From an uncultured delta proteobacterium (lineage in GTDB: Bacteria > Myxococcota_A > Polyangia > Fen-1088), in assembly GCA_963796685.1 (NCBI GenBank), contig CAWCMR010000014.1:64001-128000 (forward strand): a DNA stretch of 64,000 nt, written 5' to 3'. Every line of letters starts with the position of its first letter. The stretch's first letter is position 1. Of this stretch, positions 34,176 through 44,473 are shown one piece after another. The translations under genes and the position numbers were made by a program. The notes under the pieces are model-generated. The model saw only the letters and a program-made list of their open reading frames with translations. It ran no database searches and had not been told where the DNA came from.

Positions 34176-34943
34176 ATGCTCTCCAGGCCTGCACGCGCGC
34201 TTTCGGGGCTCGGGTACGCGATGATGGTTGCGGCGCTAGGGGTGGGCCTGCTCGTCTCGATCGGGTGCAAGGGGGGCACTGAAGGCACCGCCCTTGACGG
34301 CGCCTCCCCCGATCCGGGATCGTGCGATCCGGATCCGCTGCGCACGAGTCTCGCCCCCTTGTGGAACGGTCTCTCGGTGGACATCGACGACTGCCCCATC
34401 GTCGCGCTGACGGCCAAGTACCACGAGCCCGACGCCATGATCTTCAAGTCGATCATCTACGTCGAGTCGCGCTTCCAGTACGATGCGGTCGGGTGCACTG
34501 GCAATGGGGCATGTTGCCCGGCGCGCGGCTGGACCGCGGCCGAGTGTGCCTGCCTGGGTGCGATGCAGACCGGGCCTTGGTGCGACTCCTCGAACCTGCC
34601 CGTCGGGTGTACCGGGAGCGGACTCGGTTTGCTCCCGAACGGGCACGTGGACATGGAGACGACCCCCGATACCGGGAACTGGGCCAACTCGGTATTCAAC
34701 CCCTCGGTCAACATCGAGCTCGGCATCGCCGGCATCGCGTGCAACCGCGCGCAGGCAAAGGCTGCCTTTCCGGGCTGCACCGAGGATCAGTACACGATGA
34801 TGGCCATCGGCAATTACAACTCCTACGGCAGCACGAAGGGCTGCACGGTCTACACCTTCGATTACGACGCCACGGTGGTCGACGCGTACGACACCTACTC
34901 GACCGCTGCGGGCTGGCCGGCCCACCCCTACGTGACCCATTAG
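34176..34943 (+). CDS. Cys-rich lipoprotein with lysozyme-like/SLT transglycosylase motifs
   Basis: Lipobox-like SIG-C, IFKSIIYVESRF (catalytic Glu), GAMQ, FNPSVNI, AIGNYN. Confidence 0.7.
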   Translation: MLSRPARALSGLGYAMMVAALGVGLLVSIGCKGGTEGTALDGASPDPGSCDPDPLRTSLAPLWNGLSVDIDDCPIVALTAKYHEPDAMIFKSIIYVESRFQYDAVGCTGNGACCPARGWTAAECACLGAMQTGPWCDSSNLPVGCTGSGLGLLPNGHVDMETTPDTGNWANSVFNPSVNIELGIAGIACNRAQAKAAFPGCTEDQYTMMAIGNYNSYGSTKGCTVYTFDYDATVVDAYDTYSTAAGWPAHPYVTH

Positions 34944-34992
34944 ACGCCGCTGGGTCAGGGGGACCAGCGCTTGATGCGACGGCTCCCTCTGG

Positions 34993-35021
34993 TTGACTTG
35001 CATGCCATTTCTGCTCATACT
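34993..35021 (+). promoter_or_regulatory. Sigma70-like promoter, copy 1 of a duplicated ~80-bp leader
   Basis: TTGACT-N17-CATACT. 34993-35072 is similar to the reverse complement of 53384-53463. Confidence 0.55.
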
Positions 35022-35129
35022 GCGACAACTTCTCAGATTGCGAAGCGACGGGGAAATTCAAGATGAGGTCAACTACACCCACCTACATGCCCGGGTATCC
35101 CCCATACCCAGTTTGAGCCCAATCGCCTT

Positions 35130-35312
35130 GATGCGGCCATCTCCAGCCTAAAGGCGGCACTCAAGATCCAACCGTCGGAAGCGAAAGCTCTCAACGATCT
35201 CGGAGTCTAGAGGTATGGGACGGCACCGTGGTCGTCGTGGCTATCAACAAGGGTAGTGCGGCGGCGATCGGGCCGATTATCGCTCTCCGGCGGGACGGCG
35301 CCAGCCTTGTGC
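35130..35312 (+). pseudogene. Gene remnants: TPR fragment followed by GH30 C-terminal fragment
   Basis: DAAISSLKAALKIQPSEAKALNDLGV*, then GTVVVVAINKG...SGGTAPALC, which matches the GH30 tails at 37075 and 46300. Confidence 0.6.
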
Positions 35313-35458
35313 GATGGCACTTGGGTCCTCGTCGCCACCCACCGCTGGTGTTGAGCCAGATCCGTGATATGTGGTGACTGCTAAGGGGAATACATGGGGT
35401 GCCCGATGGTCAGGCGCCAAGTGTGTGGGACAATGCATTCCATCGTTGGGAGGTTGAC

Positions 35459-37280
35459 GTGTGCAAAACAGAGCTTCGTAGCGTTATTTTAGCGGGCCTA
35501 CTCTTCGGCTGGGGCTGCAGCTCGGGCAGCGCTGGCGGTGGTTCAGGCGGCTCCGCGGGGTCTGGAGGATCCTCCCCAAGCAATGGAGGATCAGGTGGCG
35601 CATCCAGCGGTGCGGGCGGGACGACATCGAGCGGTGGAACGACCTCATCCGGCGGAAGCCAGGGCGCTGGCGGCACGACCTCCAGCGGGGGAGCGACGAC
35701 CTCGACAGGCGGAAGCTCGGCTACGGGCGGCAAGACGAGCGCGGGTGGTGCGCCAGGCTCGGGCGGGGCAACCTCCGCGGGCGGCGTGACAGGCAAGGGG
35801 GGCGCGACGGGTGATGGCGGCGTGACGGGTGCTGGCGGCGTGACGGGTGCTGGCGGGCTGACGGGTGCTGGCGGCGTGACGGGCGCTGGCGGCGTGACGG
35901 GCGCTGGCGGCGTGACGGGCGCTGGCGGCGTGACGGGCGCTGGCGGCGGCACCTCGACTGGTGTGACGGTGCAGCTCGATAGCACGAAGCAGACCATTGA
36001 GGGGTTTGGCCTCAACACCGCTTTGGGAGGTGGCACCGTTCCCTGGGACTCCTTCTACGGTTCAAACGGCCTCGGCTTCAACATCGTGCGTGTCGGAATG
36101 ACTTCGAACGGTAGCCTTTCGGGCAGCATTCCGGCGGCCAGCTACAACGCGAAGGTCATCGGTTCAGTCTGGACCGCGCCCTCCAATTGCAGGACCAACG
36201 TTCCATCAAACGGCTATGGTCTCTGGGCACTTCGAGCACGAGCTGCTACGACTCGTTCTCGACGACGGTAGCCAACTTCGCGAAGAACCAGAAGATCTAC
36301 GCGATGTCGGCGTCGAATGAGCCCGAATTTCAGTCGTGTGGCAAGGCCATCGGTCCGCCGTGCAACAGCGACTACGATACGATGCTCTATACCGCCAACG
36401 AGATGGTGGCTTGGGTCAAGGTGTTGGGACCGAAGCTCCACGCTGCTGGCGTGAAGTTGATTGCCCCCGAGCCATCAGAGTGGATACACCTGTGGAGCAA
36501 CATGTCCGCTACGGGCTCCACTGTGGCCAGCCATCCGAACAGCTCTGACCCGCTGAACTGTGGATGCTTCGGAAATGATCCGGTGCACTACGGGGTGCGC
36601 CAGCACGTGTACTCAGGGCAACGGCTACGACTACGGTCACTGGCTCGCCAAGGACGCGACGGCTTGGCCCTTGATCGACATCATCGGGACGCACGAGTAC
36701 GATTCCCAGAAAGCGGAACCGTGGCCGGCTGATGTCGACGGCGGCCAGCGAACCAAGCCGATCTACGAGACCGAGGTATCCGGCGTGATGTACTGGCCCG
36801 AGCAGGGGCCGTCGAGCGATATCAAGAATGGTATCGCGGTTGCCGGATGGGTTCACTCGGCGATGGTGGTTGGAGAGGCTTCGGCGTGGCTCTATTGGTG
36901 GTACCAGCAGAGCAGCGACAACGAAGGCTTGGTGCTCACGGCCAACACCATGACCAAGCGCTGCTACACCATTGGCAACTACAGCAAGTTCGTACGCCCC
37001 GGCGCCGTCATGGTAAGCGTCGCGGGTAACACCAATACAGAACCTGCTGCTTTCGGCCTTCACGGGTACAGACGGCACCATCGTCGTGGGTATCAACAAG
37101 GGCACCAAGGATCTCACCGTTCCGATTGCGATCAGCGGTGGTACGGCGCCGGCCTCGTGCACGCCCAATGTGACATCGGCGAGCGACAACCTCAAAGCGG
37201 GCACCGCTGTCACCGTGACTGGCGGCAGCTTCAGCGCATCGTTCGCCAATCAAACGGTCACCACGTACGTCTGCAAGTAG
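35459..37280 (+). pseudogene. GH30 glycoside hydrolase lipoprotein with Gly-rich linker, 3 frameshifts
   Basis: Frames 35399-36271, 36187-36732, 36560- and 37086-37280 join into a paralog of 46098-47930 (SNEPE, HEY, YETEVSG, WLYWW, GNYSKFVRPG). Confidence 0.85.
35816..35941 (+). repeat. 18-bp coding tandem repeat, 7 copies (GGVTGA)
   Basis: GGCGGCGTGACGGGYGCT units inside the linker. Confidence 0.9.
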
Positions 37281-37303
37281 TCAGACTTCGCCAAGGAGCT
37301 GCG

Positions 37304-37340
37304 AAGGCCATGCGGGTGATCAGATCCGCATGGCCTTTTT
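37304..37340 (+). terminator. Intrinsic terminator
   Basis: AAGGCCATGCGG..CCGCATGGCCTT followed by TTT. Confidence 0.8.
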
Positions 37341-37570
37341 CCTGTCAGGTGGACGGCGATCCCACACTTCCCCGGTGTGGCGAATCATGCGCTCCATGGG
37401 GCCGGCGAACGACCCGGAGCTTGCGCACACGGCGGCTTCGTCGACGCCTGACAAGGTGTCTCGGCTATAGCCACGCCCCCCGGGGAGCCCGATCGATGAC
37501 CCGAGAGACTCGTCTTGCTAGTACCCTGACCGAGGCGTCGTGCTCTCGGGTTGCAGCGATAGGTTGAGCA

Positions 37571-38893
37571 TCAGGGGCCGGGCCACTCCCAGTCATAGTA
37601 GCTCGAGGTGCAGGTCAAGCCATTGGCCTGAACCACAACAGTCGTTCTGACTTTGTTGTAGCTGTAGGGGACATTCGGGTCCGTGTTGACATTGCCGACG
37701 TAGACCCACTGTGGAGTGGGCATCCCAGCGCAGACTTGGCCCAGTGGGGCGGGGAAATTCGTTGAACCGTCGTTCACGAAGGAATACGTGATGCACCCTG
37801 TGGGAGGCACATCGATCTGTACCGACAGCTTCGGATAGAGGGAATCGTCGTGGTATTGAATGTAGAAGGGATCTGGCTGTGCGAGCCAGAGCGTGGCAAT
37901 CCTGCTCTTGGCGCTCGCGCCGGTCTTGGGATCGGTCACGACAACGTAATAGTAGTACCTGTTCGGTGAAGTGGGCGAGCCGCGGCCCTGTAGGTACATC
38001 GTCAAGGTACTGGTTGTTGTGCCCGTGGCCTCGTTCCATTGAGTCTGGGGATTGCTACCCGCTAGATCATCGCACGTATACCACTGATAGGAATACGGAC
38101 CACCAGAGGCGCCGCTCGCACTGACAGTAAATACTGCATTGGGCTGCGAGCTCGAATTGCACATTGTTATGTCATTGACTCCGGTAAGTGTCGGCGGGAT
38201 TGCAGTAGCGCAGTTCGGAAGCGCCCAGCCTGTGTCGCACGTGCAGGTCCCTCCGCTGCAACTGCCGTGGCCGCTGCAGCCCACATTGAGGCAAGGGTCG
38301 ATTGTGCAGCCCGATCCGCCCCACCCACCTGTGCAGGTGCATGCGCCAGCGCTGCACGTGCCATGGCCATTGCACGTTACGCCAGAGCAAGGGTCGATTG
38401 TGCAGGCCGATCCACTCCACCCACCTGTGCAGGTGCATGCGCCAGCGCTGCACGTGCCATGGCCGTTGCAGGTCATGCCAGAGCAAGGGTCGACATCGCA
38501 ACTCGTTCCGGACCAACCACCGGTACAGGTGCAAGTGCCTGCGCTGCATGTGCCATGACCGCTGCAGGTTATGCCAGAGCAAGGGTCAACTTGGCAGTTC
38601 ACACCGGACCATCCGCCGTTGCATGTGCAGGTGTACCCGGTTGTGCTGTTGACGCAGGTGCCATGGCCGCTGCAAGTCTGGCCCGCACAATAGTTGGTCT
38701 GGGTGGTGCCCCCGGTGCCTGATATTCCACCCGCCGCCGCTCCACTCCCGCCCGTACCCACGATGCCGCCAGTGGCAACCACGCCGCCGCTGCCAGGCGC
38801 GCCTCCGGTTGACCCGCCGCGGCCGCCTGAGCCCGGGACACCGCCGGCTCCGCCCACACCGCCGGCTCCGCCCACACCGCCGGTTCCGCCCAC
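37571..38893 (-). CDS. EGF-like repeat protein with Gly-rich linker and Ig-like domain; 5' end decayed
   Basis: Five C..C.GHG.C....C.C..GW.G..C repeats, then YSYQWY..YYVVVTD beta-sandwich. No signal peptide in frame. Confidence 0.7.
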   Translation of the reverse strand: MGGTGGVGGAGGVGGAGGVPGSGGRGGSTGGAPGSGGVVATGGIVGTGGSGAAAGGISGTGGTTQTNYCAGQTCSGHGTCVNSTTGYTCTCNGGWSGVNCQVDPCSGITCSGHGTCSAGTCTCTGGWSGTSCDVDPCSGMTCNGHGTCSAGACTCTGGWSGSACTIDPCSGVTCNGHGTCSAGACTCTGGWGGSGCTIDPCLNVGCSGHGSCSGGTCTCDTGWALPNCATAIPPTLTGVNDITMCNSSSQPNAVFTVSASGASGGPYSYQWYTCDDLAGSNPQTQWNEATGTTTSTLTMYLQGRGSPTSPNRYYYYVVVTDPKTGASAKSRIATLWLAQPDPFYIQYHDDSLYPKLSVQIDVPPTGCITYSFVNDGSTNFPAPLGQVCAGMPTPQWVYVGNVNTDPNVPYSYNKVRTTVVVQANGLTCTSSYYDWEWPGP

Positions 38894-39204
38894 ACTGCCC
38901 TGCTCCGGTCACGGCGACCGGCGGTACTCAGTCTGTTGCGAACGGCGGCATGCCTGAAGCATCCGCCTGCCTTGGCCGAATTCGGCTTGGAGGCCCATCT
39001 GCCCACCGATCGGTTACGAATCGAGCGCGGAGCAGAGGCTCTGCACATGCACGGGGCGGCGGTCCTGATCTCAGAATCGATCCTGCCGCTGCGTGGATGG
39101 CAGTCTTCGACCCCCTCGGCGATCTGCACGGCGGCAGACTGGCGATGGCGCACCCAAAGGGCGACCTGCACCTGTACGGCCCGGTCCGGAGCATAGGCCG
39201 TTCT

Positions 39205-40660
39205 CATAGGTAGGATCTTAATTCCTCAATGAAATCGATCACTTACTGAACGGATGTTCAAGGTAGTTGCAGAAGACACAGGAATCCTCCTACACATTCG
39301 TTTGCGAAGACAAACGCGAGGAGGTTCCCTGTGCCCAAGAGAGACATTGCCACAATCGAGGCGGAGACACTCAGCCAAAAGCTACAGCAGGTTCTCAGCG
39401 ATGCCGAGGTGGAGAAGGTGGCTCGCCGGTGTGGCTTTCTTCGACGGCGCCGTGAAATCGCCCCGGCCGCGCTTCTTATAGCCTGCATCTCGGCATTGGG
39501 GGCAGGCACGGCTGCGTGGCTCGCGGACATCCTGCGCGCCTTCAACGCGTTCACCGGCAAGGCTGTTCGCTACAAGCCTTTCCACAACCAACTGAGCAAA
39601 CGGCGATTCCCCATCTTCATGCACGCCATTCTCGAACAGGCGCTCGCGAAGCTGACGGCACCTGTGCTTGAGAGTTTGCCCAAGGGCAAGCTGGCTCAGT
39701 TCTCGGAGATCCTGTGCCATGACGGCACCTCGTTTGCGCTCAAAGACACTCTGGCCAGAAAGTGGCCCGGCCGCTTCACGAAGGTGACCCCAGCGGCAGT
39801 GGAGCTCCACGTAACCATGAGCGTCTTGAGGGACAATCCCGTCGCCATTACGCTGGCCCCTGACAAGGAAAGCGAACGCCCATTCGCCCCCAAAGCGGCG
39901 TCTCTCAAAAATCGCCTGGTCCTCGAGGACCGTGGATTCGAGGATCGCGTTGTCTTTGCAGACACTCTCGACGCCGGAGGATTCTTCATCGTTCGCGGCA
40001 AAAAGAACAGCCGACCAATCATCCGAAGTGCTCGCGACAAGAATGGCAGGCGTATCCCTCGTCTCGAGGGCAAGCGACTCAAGTGGCGTGTACTGCCTCG
40101 TCATACGGTCGACCTAGAAATCGAGTGGAAGATCAACGCCCGCAGGACCTACTGTGGTCGTCTCGTTGCCATCTACATCGAAGGAAAACGCAACAAGAAG
40201 GGCTACACCTATCTGCACACGAATCTGTCGAGAGCGACCTTCACCGCTCACGAAGTAGGCAGAGTCTACAGACTCAGATGGCAGATTCAGCTCCTCTTCA
40301 AGGAATGGAAGTCCTACGCAAATCTCCACAAATTCGACACGGCCAAGTCACCCATCGCCGAGGGCCTGATCTGGGCAAGCCTGCTTGCCGCGACCATCAA
40401 ACGAGCGCTCACCCACGCCGCAGAACACGCATGCGGTATTCCACTGTCCACCCAGCGCGCAGCCTGCTCTGCCAAGCATTTCCTCGACGCGATCCTGCTA
40501 TCCATCCTCGAATCTGCCGCGCAGCTCCTGTCGCATATCCGTTCTGCCTTCACTTTCCTCGCGGAAAACGCACCTCGTGCGCATCCCAAACGCGATCAGG
40601 GAATGGGGCGCCTTGCGATGGGATTACGCCATTCCGCCACCGCTTAAGTACCTACCTATG
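39205..40660 (+). mobile_element. IS4-family insertion sequence (1456 bp)
   Basis: 17-bp IRs CATAGGTAGGATCTTAA / TTAAGTACCTACCTATG. 10-bp TSD AGGCCGTTCT at 39195-39204 and 40661-40670. Confidence 0.93.
39331..40647 (+). CDS. IS4-family DDE transposase
   Basis: HDGTSF, EDRGF, YRLRWQIQLLFKEWKS (YREK-like motif, with Q where the catalytic E is normally found). Confidence 0.92.
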   Translation: MPKRDIATIEAETLSQKLQQVLSDAEVEKVARRCGFLRRRREIAPAALLIACISALGAGTAAWLADILRAFNAFTGKAVRYKPFHNQLSKRRFPIFMHAILEQALAKLTAPVLESLPKGKLAQFSEILCHDGTSFALKDTLARKWPGRFTKVTPAAVELHVTMSVLRDNPVAITLAPDKESERPFAPKAASLKNRLVLEDRGFEDRVVFADTLDAGGFFIVRGKKNSRPIIRSARDKNGRRIPRLEGKRLKWRVLPRHTVDLEIEWKINARRTYCGRLVAIYIEGKRNKKGYTYLHTNLSRATFTAHEVGRVYRLRWQIQLLFKEWKSYANLHKFDTAKSPIAEGLIWASLLAATIKRALTHAAEHACGIPLSTQRAACSAKHFLDAILLSILESAAQLLSHIRSAFTFLAENAPRAHPKRDQGMGRLAMGLRHSATA

Positions 40661-40785
40661 AGGCCGTTCTAGCACCACTTTGCTTTCAATGTCCGGTAAG
40701 AAACATTACGTCAATTATGTGGCCTATTTCTCGGGGATGTAGGTGTCCGCCGGCCGGAGCATGCCGGTGCAGAGCCTGATTGGGA

Positions 40786-41305
40786 TCAACGGACGGAAGT
40801 GGGCGCGGCCGAGCGAAGCTCCTTGAGGTCGTCTCTGGCCTGTTCGAGACCCCGAGCAAGCAGCCGGGCTCTGTGGCCGGAAGGCCCCTCGCAGAGGTTC
40901 TTCGTGATCCAGAAGATCACGCTCTGAACGAGGGTGACGGGATCTCGGTCCACGGCGTGTGCCAGGTCGCCGCATGGAAGCTGGTAGCGATCGGCGATGC
41001 GGCTGAGGGCCTTGCCGACCCGCAAACCCGTCCGGCGCATGACGAAGAGGCCCAGGGCAATTGTCGTCCCGGCTTGCTTGAGGCGCGTCTGCAGCTCTTG
41101 GTCGATCACGGACGGCAGGGGGTGCGGCAGATAGTCCGGCTTTTGGGGCAGATCGCGGGACAGGATGAGCGCGCGCCCCGGAGCCGCGATCAAGCTGTGT
41201 TCCCACAGCCAGTCGAGATAGGTACGGAGGTTGACCAGCCAGCAAAACCGAGTGGTCGGATGGAGGCCACGCTCGTGCAGCTCTTGGCTCCAGGTAAGGC
41301 ACACG
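40786..41305 (-). pseudogene. Tyrosine recombinase remnant (continues at 44705-44800)
   Basis: LRTYLDWL..LPHPL..RRTGLRVG with the downstream catalytic region deleted. Reads through in frame when the 41306-44704 element is removed. Confidence 0.75.
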
Positions 41306-41482
41306 TGTTGTTTCTCACGTAGTTCCACCGCCTGCTTCTCACGGATGTTCGTGATGGGCGGGACGCCATTTCCCAGATTGGGAGGCGCGTTGATTGGCGC
41401 AGGGGCGGTGGCGTAAAGCCAAAGCCCCGACGCCGATGAGATCGGTGCCGGGGCCTTTGGTGATGGGACGGGTGGCGACGTG

Positions 41483-41794
41483 TCAGAAGTTCAAGTAGTC
41501 GCCTTCTGGCTCTGGGTTGAGGGCAAGCTGTCGGTAGTCTTTGATGGCGGCACGGAGGTCGTGGATACGGACGCACAGGTGGTTGGCCTTGCACGCCTCG
41601 GGGGATGGCAGGTCGCCTCGTGCGAGGGACTCAAGGTCGAGGTCTGGATGCTCGGCCATGAGCTGGTAGGCGGCCGTGGCCAAGGTGGCGTCGAGCGCGG
41701 CAAGGACGCCGAGCTCGGGTGCGATTGCCAGTTCGTTCGGGGTGGGCCGCAGGAGCGGCTGGTTGTGCTCGGGCAGCCAGGTCGCGGTCATCAT
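41483..41794 (-). CDS. Small helical accessory protein of the transposon
   Basis: ATGA overlap with the ATPase stop and GAGG RBS. MMTATWLPEH..PELGVLAALDATL..DYLNF. Confidence 0.65.
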   Translation of the reverse strand: MMTATWLPEHNQPLLRPTPNELAIAPELGVLAALDATLATAAYQLMAEHPDLDLESLARGDLPSPEACKANHLCVRIHDLRAAIKDYRQLALNPEPEGDYLNF

Positions 41795-42588
41795 GACACC
41801 TCTGCGAGCGTGGCCTGCACGTGCTCGGCGGTCACCACCTTGGCGCGAGCCAGGGCAGCGGCGAGGAGCGCGTGATGGGCGAGCAAGTTCACCTTGCGTG
41901 GCAGGCCCTGGGTTGCCTGGAACACGGCTTCGACGGCGGCGGGTTCCAGCAGTGGCAACTCGGTGCCGGCCAGGCGCAGGAGGTGCACGAGGTACGGTCC
42001 GATTTCGTCGCGGCCGAGGCCGGCCACGTGGTAGCGGACCACGATTCGCTGCGAGAGCGCCTCGTAGGCCGCCATGCCCAGCCGCCGGCGTAACTCGGCC
42101 TGGCCGACGAGCAGCAGGCAGAGCCTGTTCTCTGCGTCCATCTGGTAGTTGGTGAGCAGGCGCAGATCCTCGAGCACCTCGGAGCGCAGGTTGTGGGCTT
42201 CGTCGACGATGAGGATGGGGCGGCAGCGGGCCTCGGCACACAGGCGGGTGACCTCGTTCTTGATCTGGCGGTAGAGCGCGGCCCGGCTGCGCTCGGTAGG
42301 CAAGCCCATCTCCCAGGCGATGGTTTTGTACAAATCCATCACATTGCCGGTGGAGAGCGAGACGTAGACGACGCGGTACAGACCGGCGTGCAGAGCAGTC
42401 ACGACTTTGCGACAGGCGCAGGTTTTGCCGCTGCCACTCTCGCCGGTGACCAGGCCGATGCCACGCATCTCGATGAGATGGCCCAGGCGGGCCTCCAGCT
42501 CTTTGCCGGCGGCTGATACAAAGAGGTCGTTGGGCTCGATCTCTTTTCCGAAGGGGTGGCGGGTGAGGCCGAAATGCTTGCGGTACAT
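41791..42588 (-). CDS. ExeA-like AAA+ ATPase (transposition helper)
   Basis: MYRKHFGL..PF, GESGSGKT, LIVDEAH, LLVGQ, ALSQRI, GLPRKVN. Confidence 0.92.
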   Translation of the reverse strand: MYRKHFGLTRHPFGKEIEPNDLFVSAAGKELEARLGHLIEMRGIGLVTGESGSGKTCACRKVVTALHAGLYRVVYVSLSTGNVMDLYKTIAWEMGLPTERSRAALYRQIKNEVTRLCAEARCRPILIVDEAHNLRSEVLEDLRLLTNYQMDAENRLCLLLVGQAELRRRLGMAAYEALSQRIVVRYHVAGLGRDEIGPYLVHLLRLAGTELPLLEPAAVEAVFQATQGLPRKVNLLAHHALLAAALARAKVVTAEHVQATLAEVS

Positions 42589-43800
42589 CAGCGACCTCCT
42601 TGCTTGGCTTCATCACCGTCGAAGTCGCGCAGGCGCAAGCCCGCGGGCGGCGTCTCGGGCGCGCGCGCTGGCTGCAGCGTCTTGCTGGCGTGGTCGCGCT
42701 TGACGAAGCAATTGGCGTAGGCGTCGACGGGCTTGGCCATGCCGACCTTGCGTCCGACGTGCCAGACCTCGACCTTGCGCTCGGGGCGCGTGGGGTCGAA
42801 GCGCAGCGTGACGGTTTGCCCGACGAGGATGGCATCGACTTCGTAGACGCCGCCGCGCAGGCTCACCGTTCGGTCGCGCGCGACCTTGCGTTTCTCCTCG
42901 AAGAGAAAGAGTGCGGCCAGATCGAGCCCCGGCTCGGGCAGGCGGACCTCGTCGCAGACCTGGGCCCAGCGATCGAGCGGCGTCTCGCCATCGAGACCCT
43001 TGTGCGGCCGGTGGTGATATTCACCTTCAACCCAAGCCCACAGGCGCCGATTGAGCGCCTCCAGGCTGGCGGTGTCCTTGGCGCCGAGCAGCGGGAGAAA
43101 CTGCATGCGTACCGTCCTGAAGAAACGCTCAATTTTTCCGCGTCCCTGCGGCACGTACGGCCGACTGTGGATCAGCGTGATGCCGAGCTTGGCGCGGTAC
43201 CACCCTCGTCGCGTCGTCGATGAAGGCGATGAGATACGTCTTGTGCCGTCGCTTCCCCTCGACGGTTACCGACACCGCGTGCATCACGTCACTCATCCAC
43301 AGCTCGTTCGCCTTCTCGAAGGCGAAGTGCCGCCGATCTTTGCTCGTCGGATCCTCGGGGCGCTTTTCCATCAGCCCCCGCCGCGACAGCAGGCGGTGGA
43401 CCGTCGCTGGCGCCAATTCCAGATCGGCTGGCACCTCGCCCGAGGCGCGTGCGGCATCGATCACCATCCGTACCGACAATTCCTGCTTGTCCTCCTTGAG
43501 CATGCACAGAAGGTCGGACACCTTCTGCGGGATCGCCCGTGCCTGCCCCTGATCCGCGCGCGGCTGCGGGCGCAGAGCCTCGAAACCGCCCTTGCGCCAC
43601 TCGCGTAACCAGCCGCGCATGGTCTCGGCCGCCACGCGGGTGCGGCGCGTCCCTGGGATCGCGTAGCTTTTCGACGCTTTGTCCTTGAGCCGGGCGTACG
43701 TCCCCGCTTCGCCCGGTTCCATGTGGGTCAGATCGGCAATCAATCCGTAGCGGAAGAGCGCCACATCCTCACGTCGGTCGGTCGTTGCTTCGGTCTTCAT
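42588..43800 (-). pseudogene. DDE integrase/Mu-type transposase with internal deletion
   Basis: HTH N-terminus, LWMSDVMH..IDDATR, junction near 43195, then LIHSRPYVPQGRGKIERFF and a Mu-C-like tail. Confidence 0.88.
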
Positions 43801-43843
43801 CGTTTTCCTCCTCGGACCCCGTGCTTGGGGTCGCCCCAGACCA

Positions 43844-44473
43844 CTACCGGCTTGTGCGCGGCGGGTCCGGCCCCGTTCCCTGTTGGCTGCGCCTTCGCTT
43901 TCGCCACCGCCGCTTTGGCCGTGGCCCGAATCCGAAAGGAGGCGCCAGCGTCCCCAGATGCGCCGCCCCGATCTCCCGCAGCCGCATCAGCGCATGCTCC
44001 GTCCCGAGCACCTTGCGCACCGACCCCAGTCGAGGCTCGTTTCCGAGCCGCCCAGGCATCAGCGTCACCAGGGCCAGCAACGCCATCCGCACCGCCCCCA
44101 GCCGCCGCCGTACCCAGCGCACGGCCCCGGGCAGCTCGATGTCTGGCCGAATCCTTTCCGCCGCTTTCTCGATGCTCTCACCTGCCGCCACCTTGGCCTC
44201 CACGATGGCCACTACCTGCTCGACCTCGTCGAGACTTCCAGGTAGCCGACTCGCCAGGCAGTCCGGCAAAAGGCTGAAGGTGGTGTGTCCCGTCGGACAA
44301 TACCAGCGGGCGATCCGCATCCCGGCTGGCTCGACACGTGCGTACGTCCCGTGCCGCTCGAGATCGCAGTCCCCGCGAGGATGCAGCGGACATCGATCCA
44401 GCCTTGCCTCTTGCCAGCCCTTTTGCCTAACGTAGTCCTCGCTGGTGAGCGCCGTTCCCTGGCGCAGTTGCAC
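43844..44473 (-). CDS. Zn-finger/HTH-like accessory protein (DUF6431-like) of the transposon
   Basis: CPLH..C..HGTYAR..RWYCP..TFSLLPDCL. First gene of the element. Confidence 0.7.
   Translation of the reverse strand: MQLRQGTALTSEDYVRQKGWQEARLDRCPLHPRGDCDLERHGTYARVEPAGMRIARWYCPTGHTTFSLLPDCLASRLPGSLDEVEQVVAIVEAKVAAGESIEKAAERIRPDIELPGAVRWVRRRLGAVRMALLALVTLMPGRLGNEPRLGSVRKVLGTEHALMRLREIGAAHLGTLAPPFGFGPRPKRRWRKRRRSQQGTGPDPPRTSR

Noticed and set aside
35816-35941. Tandem repeats here and at 48370-48580 and 51950-52060 as a possible CRISPR array
   Set aside because: No unique spacers, unit lengths are multiples of 3, they encode Gly linkers, and no cas genes are present.
37345-37560. Possible ncRNA or repeat sharing GGCGGCTTCGTCG with about 60580
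   Set aside because: The match is too short for GC-rich DNA and I found no convincing structure.
41791-42588. ExeA as a type II secretion component
   Set aside because: It lies inside transposon ends, is coupled to a DDE transposase and lacks the periplasmic peptidoglycan-binding part.
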